Positions 53,095 to 63,195 of a stretch of DNA of 64,000 bases are shown here, in pieces (within the stretch, counting starts at the first letter, position 1; each line of letters begins with the position of its first letter). Below the pieces are notes generated by a model. That model saw only the letters and a program-made list of their open reading frames with translations, had not been told where the DNA came from and made no database searches. A program made the translations under genes and the position numbers. Source of the stretch: Bacteroidales bacterium (GTDB lineage Bacteria; Bacteroidota; Bacteroidia; Bacteroidales; Paludibacteraceae); the NCBI GenBank assembly GCA_015061165.1, contig SUXC01000014.1, forward strand, positions 3,584 to 67,583, written 5' to 3'.

Positions 53095-53130
53095 ACAATA
53101 ACCATACAATAACCATACAATAACCATACT
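53095..53130. repeat. 3.3 x 11-mer acaataaccat
   Basis: Read directly. Confidence 0.9.
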
Positions 53131-53156
53131 ATTCCTTACCTATATAGCACCCAGAA

Positions 53157-53226
53157 GTTACCTTTACACCTTATACTTTACACCTTAAACCTTAAACATT
53201 AAACCATACACCCTACACTACCAACA
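53157..53226. repeat. Array of about 10 x 7 nt TTACACC/TTAAACC units
   Basis: Eight clear units at 53164-53219. Confidence 0.85.
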
Positions 53227-53228
53227 AA

Positions 53229-53252
53229 GAGGGCTGCCATTGGGCAGCCCTC
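53229..53252. terminator. Bidirectional terminator (PagL-like gene / susD)
   Basis: Perfect 10-bp stem gagggctgcc / ggcagccctc with loop attg. T-run on the minus strand. Confidence 0.65.
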
Positions 53253-53290
53253 AATTGTATTTAGAAATGTATTTCTAAACAATCGGATGA

Positions 53291-55003
53291 TTACCAACCT
53301 GGGTTTTGACCGATTTCTGGGTTCAACTCGATTTGACCAGATGGGATAGGAGCAAGGTAATGTTTCTCCTCATATTTACGGTGAACACCAGTAGTGTTGC
53401 ACTCGATGTAACCATGATCACCTTCAGTCAATTTCACGCTGTTGAGGTCGATTGGCCAACCAGCCTCAATCCAAGCACCCTTAGTTTGCTCAGGATAATT
53501 CTCGGTATCGAGTTTATCCAATTGGTGCCAACGGATGAGTGACCAATAACGGTCGTTGTTGTCGAACATCAACTCAACACGACGCTCACGACGAACCTCC
53601 CAAATGAGGTCAGAAACGCCCATGTTGTTATCTTTATCACCTTGCAATTTGAGTCCTGGCATACCAGCGCGAGTACGCAACATATCTACATACTTCTTAG
53701 CACCAGCCTCATCGCCCAACTCAGCGCAAGCCTCTGCTGCATTTAAAACTACCTCTGCCAACCAGAAGATAGGACCGTCGGTTACGTTACCATTGGTTGC
53801 TTGACGGAATTTACCCTCGGTCTCTGGCTCATCAAATTTCAAGATACCATAACCTGTAGAAACAGTGTTCTCAGCTACAGTTTCTTGACCAGGCATACCC
53901 TCGTAACGTTTACGACCATTACCTACGTAAGCCAAGTAACCATCGATTTGTTGTGCCAAACGTGGGTCACGAGCCTCAAGGAGGTGATAGATAACTGGTT
54001 TACCAGCATCGTAGCCATCGGTACCAAGAACACCCTTATCATCGCCTGTAGGAAGAGAACCATCAGCCATCAAGTATGCGTTGAAAGCAGCTTTGCTCAA
54101 ACCGTTGGTTTGGGTAGAACCACAGCAGTAGTCTTGAGTAGCGTGAGGAAGAGTACCTGAGATGTACTTCTTGTACATAATCATCTCGGTGTTGCCTGCA
54201 AGGTCAAGAGAGTTGTAGTTTGCACGGTAACCCTCAGCACCTGGAGTCAAAGCAAATTGACCATTGTTGATGAGTGCCAAAGAAGCGGTTTGACATTCTT
54301 TCAAGTATTTCTCAGCACGAGCTTTATCGTTTTGGTGATACTTAGCGTATGTACCCTCGAACAAGCAAATGCGAGATTTGATAGCGTTAGCAACGTGTAC
54401 GTTGTAAGCAGTACGTGAACTTGCGTTCTTCTCGCCCATGTTAGCAACTGCATAGTTGAGGTCTTCCAATACTTTGTCCATTACCTCATTGCGGTTTTGA
54501 CGTTTGCCATAAAGGATAGTAGCATCCTCAGTGGTCAACTCTTTATCTACCCAGTAGCAGTCACCGAACTTGCGAACGAGGCAGAAGTGTTGCCAACCGC
54601 GATAGAGACGAGCAAGAGATGTATAATATGCTTTGCTTGCAGCAGGCATATCAATCTCATCGATGTGCTTGAGCAAAATGTTTGCACGACGAATCTCGGT
54701 GTAGCAAGCATTCCATGTACCATCAGAAGCAGAAACTGCTTTGAAGTTCCAACCAGAAAGACCTGTTACAGCTTGGTTGTCGTTCAAATTTGGGAAATAG
54801 AAATCACCGTAAGAACCATTGTTTCCATAACCAGACCACTCGCTGTAGAAATAGTTGGTGTACATTTCTACGTTGGTTTCGCTGGTAAAGAAGTTGTCCT
54901 CGGTAAAGTTGTCAATTGGGTTTGGGTTCAACAAGTCGCAACCTGTCAAAAGAACCATACCAGCCATCAAACTTAAAATTATCTTTTTCATAACTGTATT
55001 CAA
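53291..55003 (-). CDS. RagB/SusD family nutrient-uptake outer membrane lipoprotein
   Basis: 570 aa. Lipoprotein signal ...LLTGC. It lies directly downstream of a SusC-like gene. Confidence 0.92.
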   Translation of the reverse strand: MNTVMKKIILSLMAGMVLLTGCDLLNPNPIDNFTEDNFFTSETNVEMYTNYFYSEWSGYGNNGSYGDFYFPNLNDNQAVTGLSGWNFKAVSASDGTWNACYTEIRRANILLKHIDEIDMPAASKAYYTSLARLYRGWQHFCLVRKFGDCYWVDKELTTEDATILYGKRQNRNEVMDKVLEDLNYAVANMGEKNASSRTAYNVHVANAIKSRICLFEGTYAKYHQNDKARAEKYLKECQTASLALINNGQFALTPGAEGYRANYNSLDLAGNTEMIMYKKYISGTLPHATQDYCCGSTQTNGLSKAAFNAYLMADGSLPTGDDKGVLGTDGYDAGKPVIYHLLEARDPRLAQQIDGYLAYVGNGRKRYEGMPGQETVAENTVSTGYGILKFDEPETEGKFRQATNGNVTDGPIFWLAEVVLNAAEACAELGDEAGAKKYVDMLRTRAGMPGLKLQGDKDNNMGVSDLIWEVRRERRVELMFDNNDRYWSLIRWHQLDKLDTENYPEQTKGAWIEAGWPIDLNSVKLTEGDHGYIECNTTGVHRKYEEKHYLAPIPSGQIELNPEIGQNPGW

Positions 55004-55062
55004 TTTAGTTAATAGTTTATAATTAATAATTAATATTTATTCATCTGTTTCCTAAACATTAA

Positions 55063-58000
55063 TTATAGTGTTACTTGCAAACCGAATGAATACGAACGCA
55101 TGAGAGGCTCTACACGACCGTATGTACCGTTGCCGAAGCTACCAGTACCACGACCTGATGATACCTCAGGATCGAAACCGTATTGAGCGGTGTGATTTAC
55201 GAGGTCAGCCAAGTTGTTGAAAGAAGCGTAGATACGTACTTTCTCGATAGTAGCCTTACGTGTCAAGTGTTGTGGCAATGTGTAACCAACGGTCAAGTTC
55301 TTCAGACGGAGGTAAGCCATGTTGATCAAATACTTATCTTGTGGATAGAAGTTGTTGCGACCAGCATCAACAATTGAAGAACCTGGAACACCTTGACCAG
55401 CGTTACCTGGATAGAGACGTGGGTAACGAGCATTTTGATCAATGCTGTTGTTGTCGATCATCTCTTGGTTTACATAATCCATTTGCCAAGCGTAGATAGC
55501 ATCAGCACCACGAGTCAAAGGCATAACGAATGCAGATGGGCTCCACATATCACGTTTACCTACACCTTGGAAGAACAAGTCAATATCAAAGCCCTTCCAC
55601 TCAGCGCCGAGACGGAATGAGTATTGCCAACGTGGAGTGGTGTTACCAATCTTAACGAGGTCACCATGGTTGTGGATTGTACCAGGAGCATAGCCCTCTG
55701 GGTTTTTCTCAGCATCGTCAGCAGCATAACCCCAGTTGATTACGCCGTCACCGTTTTGGTCAACGAACTTGATATCACCAGGACCATATGTAAATGCTTT
55801 ATCTTTCTCAAGACCTGATTGATCAGCTACACCTTCAGCGTATGTGCCGTCAGCATTGAAGTCATCAGCTGTGAAATAACGCTCAGTTTGGAAGCCCCAA
55901 ATCTCGCCATACTCTTTACCAGTATATTTGGTATTGATGAGGTCGTCAGAATCCCATTGAGTAATGGTAGCCTTGTAGTCAGCCAAGTTGAAGTTAGCGT
56001 GGAGAGTCAAGTTGTCAGCATCACGGAAGGTGTGGCGCCAATCAATGTTGAACTCCCAACCACGTGTGCGGAGAGAACCAGCGTTCTCATAAGCTGCACT
56101 TGCACCGAGTACAGATGGCAACGCTTTACCTGGAGCCAACATACCCTTAGTATCACGTTGATACCAGTCGAAGTTTACGTTCAATTCGTTAGACAAGAAA
56201 CCGAGGTCAATACCTACGTTGGTAGTGGTGATAGTCTCCCATGTAAGGGTTGGATCAACCATCTTAGGAGTACCAAAGTAGTCATATTTAGAGTTACCTG
56301 TACCCAACCAGTTTACACCATTAGTAGTTTTACCCATGGTCTTGATGAACATGTTGCTACCAATTTCTTGGTTACCGATAGCACCGTAAGATGCACGTAC
56401 CTTCAAGTTGCTTACATATTGCTTAGCCTCTGCGAAGTAAGCCTCCTCGCTGATACGATAGCCGAGAGAACCTGATGGGAAGAATGCCCATTGTGTGTGA
56501 GATGGGAACTTGCTTGAACCGTCATAACGACCGCTCAACTCAACCAAGTAGATACCCTTGTAGTCATAGTTGATACGACCAAACACACCTGCGGAACCAC
56601 TGCGGCTGTGGCTGTGGCTGTAGCTGTAATCCTCAGACAAGAGTTTCAACTCTGGCATATTTGGATCTTGCATACCGTGACGCTCGTAGTAGAGGTACTC
56701 ATACTCGCTCTTATCGAGGTTAGCACCAACCATTACGTTCAAGTTGTGACCACTCCAAGAACCGTTGTAGTTCAAGAACATGTTAGCAACGTGGTTGTAG
56801 TAGTGAGTGTTCTCAGTCTCGATGAAAGTAGAGGTAGAAGTTGCACCGTGTGCAAAGTCCTCACCAAAGAGAGACCATGTATTCACGATATCCTCCATGT
56901 AACCAGTACCTTTGTAGCGACCTGCGCGATAAGTGAAGGTGTAGTCACCGTTGAAGGTCAAGCCCTTAGCAAGATTCAACTTGATGAAACCACCAGCACG
57001 CATGTTCATACGCTTGTTCCATGTATCGTTGCTTGGATCACCGTCAGGACCAAGAGCAGCCTTACGATAACCAATCATGTTACGAGCATCGTATTGTTTA
57101 CCCTCAGCATCCTCGAAGTAACCATAAGGACCGAAGAATGAACCCCAGCGCCATACATATTGGTAAGAACCTTGACCACGAGTGTAAGGATATGTATAGA
57201 TACGATGTTGCATATTGAAGCGAGCACCAATCTCCAACCAGTTGTTAACTTTGGTAGAGAGGTTTACAGTTGCGTTGAACTTATCCATCTTATCAGGATT
57301 GAAGTTCATCAAACCTTGTTGGTGGTTGTAACCGAGAGACATGTAGTAGTTAGTCTTACCAGAGTTACCAGAAACAGAGAGGTTGTGTTGTTGGCTTGGA
57401 GCAGCATTGTTGAACAAAATGCCCACTACGTCCCAGTCTGCATAGAAACCGTGCTCATCCCAATCCAAACCGTACTCCATTTTGCGATATGGAGACTTGC
57501 CGTTCTTCCAACCTTGCTCAGCAGCGTATTCAGCCCATTTGGTAGCACCTGCAATAAACTCATCAGAGTTGAGGTACATACCGAAGAGCTCAGATGCCAA
57601 ACCTGCGCGGGTGTTAGCCTCTGTCAAAGCATTTGCTTGCTCGAGAACTGAAGGATACTCTGGCAATGCAGTAGCACGGCTCCATGCAAAGTTATTGTTG
57701 TAAGTTACGCTAACTTTCTCTGCAGTTTTAGCAGTCTTGGTGGTAATCAATACAACACCGAAAGCAGCACGAGTACCATAGATAGCGGTAGAAGAAGCAT
57801 CCTTCAATACGCTGATAGACTCGATGTCGTTTGAGTTGAGGTAGCCAAGGTTCTCTACTGGAACACCGTCCACAATGTAGAGAGGAGTAGAAGTACCGCT
57901 GTTTGACAAAGTACCGATACCACGGATAACTACAGTAGGATCTGCATCCAAGTCACCCGTTGCGTTGGTGATTGTCAAACCTGGCACAGCACCTTGCAAT

Positions 58001-58446
58001 GCTTTAGCCACATCAGACTCGGTTTTAGATTCAAGAGTTTTTGACACATCTACGGTTGTCACAGCACCTGTCAGGTTCGCCTTCTTTTGCGTACCATAAC
58101 CGATGGCTACTACCTCATCAAGAACTTGTGTGTCCTCGCGAAGCATAACAACCATGTCTTTGTGAGCGCGAACTTCTTGATCCTTGTAACCTACGTAAGA
58201 AACTACGAGGGTAACGTTTGGCTCAACGCTAAGAACGAAAGCACCATCCAAGTCGGTGATTGTACCGTTGGATGTACCTGCTTCTACAACGCTGGCACCT
58301 ACAAGAGGTTCACCATTAGCATCAACTACCTTACCTACTACTGAAATAGGAGCAGCCATAGCACTGATGCTAACCAACGACATTGCAAATACTGCAAATG
58401 TCATGAGGAGGCTACGAAAGCCATTCTCTTTGTGTTTGTTCATCAT
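55063..58446 (-). CDS. SusC/RagA family TonB-linked outer membrane protein
   Basis: 1127 aa. Signal peptide, carboxypeptidase-regulatory-like domain (VGKVVDANGEPLVGASV), plug region (DEVVAIGYGTQKKANLTGAV), and a long beta-barrel. Confidence 0.93.
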   Translation of the reverse strand: MMNKHKENGFRSLLMTFAVFAMSLVSISAMAAPISVVGKVVDANGEPLVGASVVEAGTSNGTITDLDGAFVLSVEPNVTLVVSYVGYKDQEVRAHKDMVVMLREDTQVLDEVVAIGYGTQKKANLTGAVTTVDVSKTLESKTESDVAKALQGAVPGLTITNATGDLDADPTVVIRGIGTLSNSGTSTPLYIVDGVPVENLGYLNSNDIESISVLKDASSTAIYGTRAAFGVVLITTKTAKTAEKVSVTYNNNFAWSRATALPEYPSVLEQANALTEANTRAGLASELFGMYLNSDEFIAGATKWAEYAAEQGWKNGKSPYRKMEYGLDWDEHGFYADWDVVGILFNNAAPSQQHNLSVSGNSGKTNYYMSLGYNHQQGLMNFNPDKMDKFNATVNLSTKVNNWLEIGARFNMQHRIYTYPYTRGQGSYQYVWRWGSFFGPYGYFEDAEGKQYDARNMIGYRKAALGPDGDPSNDTWNKRMNMRAGGFIKLNLAKGLTFNGDYTFTYRAGRYKGTGYMEDIVNTWSLFGEDFAHGATSTSTFIETENTHYYNHVANMFLNYNGSWSGHNLNVMVGANLDKSEYEYLYYERHGMQDPNMPELKLLSEDYSYSHSHSRSGSAGVFGRINYDYKGIYLVELSGRYDGSSKFPSHTQWAFFPSGSLGYRISEEAYFAEAKQYVSNLKVRASYGAIGNQEIGSNMFIKTMGKTTNGVNWLGTGNSKYDYFGTPKMVDPTLTWETITTTNVGIDLGFLSNELNVNFDWYQRDTKGMLAPGKALPSVLGASAAYENAGSLRTRGWEFNIDWRHTFRDADNLTLHANFNLADYKATITQWDSDDLINTKYTGKEYGEIWGFQTERYFTADDFNADGTYAEGVADQSGLEKDKAFTYGPGDIKFVDQNGDGVINWGYAADDAEKNPEGYAPGTIHNHGDLVKIGNTTPRWQYSFRLGAEWKGFDIDLFFQGVGKRDMWSPSAFVMPLTRGADAIYAWQMDYVNQEMIDNNSIDQNARYPRLYPGNAGQGVPGSSIVDAGRNNFYPQDKYLINMAYLRLKNLTVGYTLPQHLTRKATIEKVRIYASFNNLADLVNHTAQYGFDPEVSSGRGTGSFGNGTYGRVEPLMRSYSFGLQVTL

Positions 58447-58528
58447 AACGTTTGTTTTGTTAGTTAATATTATGTGGGAATCTCACCCACGTTATTTTGT
58501 TTGTTATATTGTTTGTTGTTTGTTTGTT

Positions 58529-58572
58529 CATTCACTCACCCACTCAGTCATTCACTCAGTCATTCACTCACT
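58529..58572. repeat. cattcactcagt 12-mer-type repeats in the susC leader
   Basis: cattcactcacc cactcagt cattcactcagt cattcactcact. Confidence 0.8.
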
Positions 58573-58671
58573 CTCCTCGCGCGTATATATTATATAAGGT
58601 GTGCATATTTTATGTATCATAAAAACGGCCGTTTGTTTGACCCAATTAAACAATACACTAAAATCCGAGTG

Positions 58672-58679
58672 CAAAGTTA
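58672..58679 (-). promoter_or_regulatory. -7 box TAACTTTG for susC/susD-like genes
   Basis: 226 nt from the ATG, so the leader is long and contains repeat arrays. Confidence 0.5.
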
Positions 58680-58758
58680 CTACTTTTTTTTCATACTACC
58701 AACACTTAATCCAAAAAAAAATAAAAAAAAATGCGACTTTTTTCATTCTTTCCTAAAT

Positions 58759-58776
58759 ATATGTTGTACAACATAT
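58759..58776. promoter_or_regulatory. Perfect 18-nt palindrome ATATGTTGTACAACATAT
   Basis: Read directly. It lies about 80 nt upstream of the susC -7 box (on the minus strand) in a 1-kb non-coding spacer. Confidence 0.25.
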
Positions 58777-59020
58777 TTTCACAACCACTATTTGTTTATT
58801 ATTGCATTTTTACGATAGACAGAGCTAAATACTAGTGTCAAACAAACGACCGATTTTAGGGACCCAGGTTGGGAATAATCTGAGTTAGTTAGAATACAAA
58901 TTCTAAATAAAACGGAGGGTGTGTCAAGATGGGCATACCCTCTTTTTGTCCCTCAAAGTGTCCCTCAAAGGATTACGCCCAAATCACAATATCTCTTGGG
59001 CGTTATGAAGTGCTTTGAAT

Positions 59021-59064
59021 AACATAGTAATATCATAGTTATCACATAGTAATCACATAGTAGA
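59021..59064. repeat. 4 x 11-mer cacatagtaat type
   Basis: aacatagtaat atcatagttat cacatagtaat cacatagtaga. Confidence 0.8.
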
Positions 59065-59164
59065 GATAGGGAGGAGAAACCCCCTCCCAGCCTCCCCCTA
59101 AAAGGGGAGGAGTAATTGAAAGGAATACTCGGCAAATATGCCGAGAGAGGAACAAACTATGAAT

Positions 59165-59237
59165 TAGGTTTTTTAGGTTTTTCAGGTTTTATAGGTTTTG
59201 CAAATCCTGAAAAACCTAAAAAACCTATAAATCCTAT
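59165..59237. repeat. Palindromic element of about 72 nt: 4 direct + 4 inverted 9-mers
   Basis: taggttttt taggttttt caggtttta taggttttg | caaatcctg aaaaaccta aaaaaccta taaatccta. Confidence 0.85.
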
Positions 59238-59399
59238 TTACGCTGTTTTACATATTGCCTTGCGGTAACTGCCGTGCATAACTCGTTCTATATGTGACGA
59301 TTGAATATATTTCTGCAACCAGACTTCTATCGTCTTCACGCTCACTCCAAGGACTTCCGCCTGCTTCACTGCCTCCCATTTTATAAAGTCCGTGGACAA
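59238..59399 (-). pseudogene. Possible remnant of a helix-turn-helix (excisionase/MerR-like) gene
   Basis: Hand translation gives ...DFIKWEAVKQAEVLGVSVKTIEVWLQKYIQSSHIERVMHGSYRKAICKTA. This is an HTH-like pattern with no ATG start and stop codons just upstream. Confidence 0.3.
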
Positions 59400-59402
59400 G
59401 AT

Positions 59403-59431
59403 AATAAAAGAGCGTAGCCATTGACTACGCC
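59403..59431 (-). terminator. Probable rpsA terminator
   Basis: Minus strand: gcgtag..ctacgc stem followed by tcTTTTATT. A second hairpin, ttaagcaa/ttgcttaa, lies at about 59443-59462. Confidence 0.45.
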
Positions 59432-59475
59432 CTCATTATGGATTAAGCAAGTGATTGCTTAACGGTCTTAACTGA

Positions 59476-61266
59476 TTACTTAGCAGCTTTCTTGGTAGCT
59501 TTCTTTGCAGGTTTCTCCTCAGCAGCCATAGAAGCCTTGAGGTCAGCAAGAACGCTCAAGTCACCAAGAGTGGTCTTCTCCATCTTTGGCAACTCTGGTT
59601 GTACCTCTTTCTCCTTCTTAGCCTTTACCTCTTTAGCAGGAGCCTCTTTGCGCTCCTCCCATGTGCGGAGGTGAGAGAGAAGGATACGCTTAGCATCGCG
59701 GTTGAACTCAATCACCTTGAAGTTCAATGTATCGCCTACAGCCACAGCAGACTTATCCTCTTTTTGGAGGTGGCGTGAAGTGCAGAAGCCCTCAACACCT
59801 TCTTCCAAAACAACAGTAGCACCCTTATCGGTCATCTCTACTACCTTACCCTCAACGATGGTATCTACGCCGTACTTAACAGCGAGCTCCTCCCAAGGAT
59901 TGTCCTCGAGTTGCTTGTGACCCAATGAGAGACGACGGTTCTCTTTGTCGATTTCAAGAACTACAACCTCGATCTCAGCACCGATTTGAGTAAACTCGTT
60001 AGGGTGTTTAATCTTCTTGGTCCAGCTCAAGTCGCTGATGTGAATCAAGCCGTCAACACCCTCTTCAATCTCAACGAATACGCCGAAGTTGGTGAAGTTG
60101 CGAACCTTAGCAAAGTGGCGAGTACCTACAGCATACTTGGTATCGATGGTCTCCCAAGGATTGTTCTTGAGTTGCTTCAAGCCGAGAGACATCTTGCGCT
60201 CATCGCGATCGAGAGTCAAGATAACTGCCTCTACCTCTTGACCAACTTTCAAGAAGTCGTTAGCCGAACGGAGGTGTTGGCTCCAGCTCATCTCACTAAC
60301 GTGGATAAGACCCTCTACGCCAGGAGCAACCTCTACGAATGCTCCGTAGTCAGCCATCACAACTACCTTACCGCTAATCTTATCGCCTACCTTGATGTCA
60401 GCATTGAGAGCCTCCCATGGATGAGGAGTGAGTTGCTTCAAGCCGAGAGCGATACGCTTCTTCTCATCGTCGAAGTCGAGGATAACCACATTGATTTTAT
60501 CGCCTTCCTTCACGATCTCGCTTGGATTGCTTACGCGGCCCCAGCTGAGGTCTGTGATGTGAATCAGACCATCTACGCCACCAAGATCCATGAATACACC
60601 GTATGGCATAACTGCCTTAACAGTACCTTCGAGTACTTGACCCTTCTCAAGGTGAGAGATAATCTCTTTGCGTTGGTTCTCGAGCTCAGCCTCGATGAGT
60701 GCCTTGTGAGAAACAACTACATTGCGGAAGTCAGGATTAACCTTAACAATCTTGAACTCCATTGTTTTACCAACGAAGATGTCATAATCGTGGATAGGTT
60801 TAACGTCGATTTGGCTACCTGGCAAGAATGCCTCAGTACCCAATACATCAACGATCATACCGCCCTTAGTACGGCACTTAACATAACCCTTAACCACTTC
60901 GTTGTTATCAAGAGCCTCATTCACGCGGTCCCAGCTACGAGCAGCGCGAGCCTCTTTGTGAGAAAGTACCAATTGACCATTCTTGTCCTCTTGGCTCTCT
61001 ACATATACCTCAACGGTATCACCCACCTTCAGGTCTGGGTTGTAGCGGAACTCAGCAGCAGGAACAATACCGTCTGACTTGTAACCTACATTGACAACTA
61101 CCTCACGTTTGTTGATGGAAATAACAGTACCTTCTACTACCTCTTGGTCCTTAATGGCGTTGAGAGTAGCGTCGTACTTCGCAAGAATTTCTTCGTTTTG
61201 TTTGCCTTGAGCCTCTTGCTCAAATGCCTCCCAGTCGAAGTTCTGGAGTGAAAGATTTTCTGCCAT
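59476..61266 (-). CDS. rpsA: 30S ribosomal protein S1
   Basis: I place the start at MAENLSLQNFDWEAFEQE (rc ATG 61264-61266). Six S1 repeats. The track extension to 61326 reads through a heptamer module. Confidence 0.93.
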   Translation of the reverse strand: MAENLSLQNFDWEAFEQEAQGKQNEEILAKYDATLNAIKDQEVVEGTVISINKREVVVNVGYKSDGIVPAAEFRYNPDLKVGDTVEVYVESQEDKNGQLVLSHKEARAARSWDRVNEALDNNEVVKGYVKCRTKGGMIVDVLGTEAFLPGSQIDVKPIHDYDIFVGKTMEFKIVKVNPDFRNVVVSHKALIEAELENQRKEIISHLEKGQVLEGTVKAVMPYGVFMDLGGVDGLIHITDLSWGRVSNPSEIVKEGDKINVVILDFDDEKKRIALGLKQLTPHPWEALNADIKVGDKISGKVVVMADYGAFVEVAPGVEGLIHVSEMSWSQHLRSANDFLKVGQEVEAVILTLDRDERKMSLGLKQLKNNPWETIDTKYAVGTRHFAKVRNFTNFGVFVEIEEGVDGLIHISDLSWTKKIKHPNEFTQIGAEIEVVVLEIDKENRRLSLGHKQLEDNPWEELAVKYGVDTIVEGKVVEMTDKGATVVLEEGVEGFCTSRHLQKEDKSAVAVGDTLNFKVIEFNRDAKRILLSHLRTWEERKEAPAKEVKAKKEKEVQPELPKMEKTTLGDLSVLADLKASMAAEEKPAKKATKKAAK

Positions 61267-61296
61267 AATTAGCAATTTGGGTGGATAATCGCTTTT

Positions 61297-61324
61297 CAGA
61301 ATCGGGAGTCGCGACTCGCGAGAC
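61297..61324. repeat. 4 x 7 nt GGGAGTC-type module in the rpsA leader
   Basis: cagaatc gggagtc gcgactc gcgagac. Confidence 0.8.
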
Positions 61325-61419
61325 AAAACACTATTATCCGATTAAAAGTTAAACATTCAGTTACGCTTTTTTCTCGCGCGGGCGAACCTTAATAAACGGT
61401 CTGTCCACAAAAAAGCGCG

Positions 61420-61467
61420 CAAAGGTACAACTTTTTTTGTATATATGCAAATATTTTTGTACTTTTG
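61420..61467. promoter_or_regulatory. Divergent promoters (rpsA / EF-hand protein gene)
   Basis: CAAAGGTA at 61420-61427 (minus strand, 154 nt from the rpsA ATG) and TACTTTTG at 61460-61467 (plus strand, 41 nt from the ATG). Confidence 0.6.
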
Positions 61468-61507
61468 CAGCGATTTTGTGAATTTTATATCAAAACCCTA
61501 TACAATT

Positions 61508-63190
61508 ATGTCAAAACACACTTGGAAATATGCCAACATAGGTGGCAATACGCGCGTAGTTATCAAAGACGGCAAAGATATTCAGCACTTGGCTGAATTG
61601 GATGAGAAACTATGGGCAGTACTGGCATGTCCTGTTTCGGGCTTGGAATTACCCGAAGAGAGTCTTCGTTGTATTGATATGGATAAAGACAACAAGATTC
61701 ACGTAAAAGAGGTGGTGGAAACGGCGCAATGGCTTTGCAGCGTTTTGCACAAACCCGATGTACTATTGGCAGGTACACCTTCGCTGCAACTCACGGATAT
61801 CAAAGATGAGAGTTTGCAAGATATAGCCACTCCTCTGGCAGTGGATGGTGTGATTACATTGGAAGCGGTGAAAGCAGCCATAGGAGCCGTAGTAGTGGAG
61901 CAGCAACCATTGCCCGAAGCGCCCTACACCGCAGAAGTGACTGCTGCCTATAAAGCATGCAAGGAGGGATATAGCCAATATTACACGACAGCCCGTCTGC
62001 AAGCATTGGGATTGGCTACCCTACCCGCTGATGCAGTGGTGCCAGGTCTCACGGAAGAGGCATTTGCCGAAATGGGTAAGAAGATTGCCGATTACGAAGC
62101 GGGCAAAGCAGCTGCTGAGGCAGCGAATGCAAGTGCATTGGCTGCTGCGCAAGCACAATACCGTCCGTTGGAGAAACTGCTGTTGCTCTGCCGCGACTTC
62201 TGTACATTGCTTCGCAACTTCGTGTCATTTCAGGACTTCTATGCCAAGCGTGGCAAAGCACTGCTCGGGCGTGGCGCAGATGATGAATCGCCATGGGCTA
62301 TTTTCCAAGCAGGCACCTTGGTGATTGACCAACGCGCATGCAACCTCTGTATGAAGGTTAGCGATATGGCAAAACACAATACGCAAGCAGCCGACAGCGG
62401 CATGTTCCTCATCTACTGCAATTGCAAGCACCACGCCACAGGACAAACCATGCAGATTGTGGCAGCCATGACAGTAGGCGATATCCGCCATCTGAAAGTA
62501 GGCAAGAACGCCCTGTTCTATGACCGTCAAGGACGAGACTGGGAAGCAGAAGTGGTGAAGATTATTGATAATCCTATCTCTATCGGTCAAGCGTTTTGGA
62601 GTCCATACCGCAAGTTGGGCGACTGGGTAAGCGGATTAATCACGAAATCGGCAGCCGAGAAAGAGAAGAAATCCTTTGCCGATATGACCGCGAAACTGCA
62701 AACAACTCCTGCTGCTCCTGCCGCAGCCCAACAGCCAGCTCAACCTGCTCCATTTGATATTGCTAAGTTCGCAGGTATCTTTGCGGCCATTGGTATGGCG
62801 GTCGGATATATTGGTAGTTTCTTTACCAGTATTGCATTAGGATTGAAAGGTTTAGGTTGGTGGGGATGGTTAGTAATTCCAGGTTTGTTGCTGGTAATCA
62901 GTGGTCCATCCATGATTTTGGCATGGATGAAACTGCGCAAGCGTAACTTGGCTCCCCTATTGAATGCCAATGGTTGGGCTATCAATGCCGATGCGATAGT
63001 GAATGTGTTGTTTGGCAATACATTGACCGAACAAGCACAATACCCTATCATGAAACTGAAAGACCCATTCGCCAAAAAGGGTCTTTCGAAAGGTAGCAAA
63101 TGGAGCATTGCCATTGCTGCTATCGTGTTGGGCATCGCTATTGCGGTAGTTACACTCTATCTGTGTGGCTTCCGCGTATGCGTTGGTTAA
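61508..63190 (+). CDS. Hypothetical membrane-anchored protein with an EF-hand-like loop
   Basis: 560 aa from MSKHTWKYANIGG. DMDKDNKIHVKE fits a 12-residue EF-hand loop (D1, D3, D5, I8, E12). Three predicted C-terminal TM helices. Confidence 0.65.
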   Translation: MSKHTWKYANIGGNTRVVIKDGKDIQHLAELDEKLWAVLACPVSGLELPEESLRCIDMDKDNKIHVKEVVETAQWLCSVLHKPDVLLAGTPSLQLTDIKDESLQDIATPLAVDGVITLEAVKAAIGAVVVEQQPLPEAPYTAEVTAAYKACKEGYSQYYTTARLQALGLATLPADAVVPGLTEEAFAEMGKKIADYEAGKAAAEAANASALAAAQAQYRPLEKLLLLCRDFCTLLRNFVSFQDFYAKRGKALLGRGADDESPWAIFQAGTLVIDQRACNLCMKVSDMAKHNTQAADSGMFLIYCNCKHHATGQTMQIVAAMTVGDIRHLKVGKNALFYDRQGRDWEAEVVKIIDNPISIGQAFWSPYRKLGDWVSGLITKSAAEKEKKSFADMTAKLQTTPAAPAAAQQPAQPAPFDIAKFAGIFAAIGMAVGYIGSFFTSIALGLKGLGWWGWLVIPGLLLVISGPSMILAWMKLRKRNLAPLLNANGWAINADAIVNVLFGNTLTEQAQYPIMKLKDPFAKKGLSKGSKWSIAIAAIVLGIAIAVVTLYLCGFRVCVG

Positions 63191-63195
63191 TTTAA

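Noticed and set aside
59986-61077. Long plus-strand ORF (363 aa) and similar long ORFs at 17291-18574, 15842-16756, 6433-7233, 22955-23596, 34563-35483 and 56608-57141.
   Set aside because: Each lies antisense to a gene with strong family signatures (rpsA, lepB, ilvE, FKBP, metY, clpB, susC) and has no recognisable motif. These are typical shadow ORFs.
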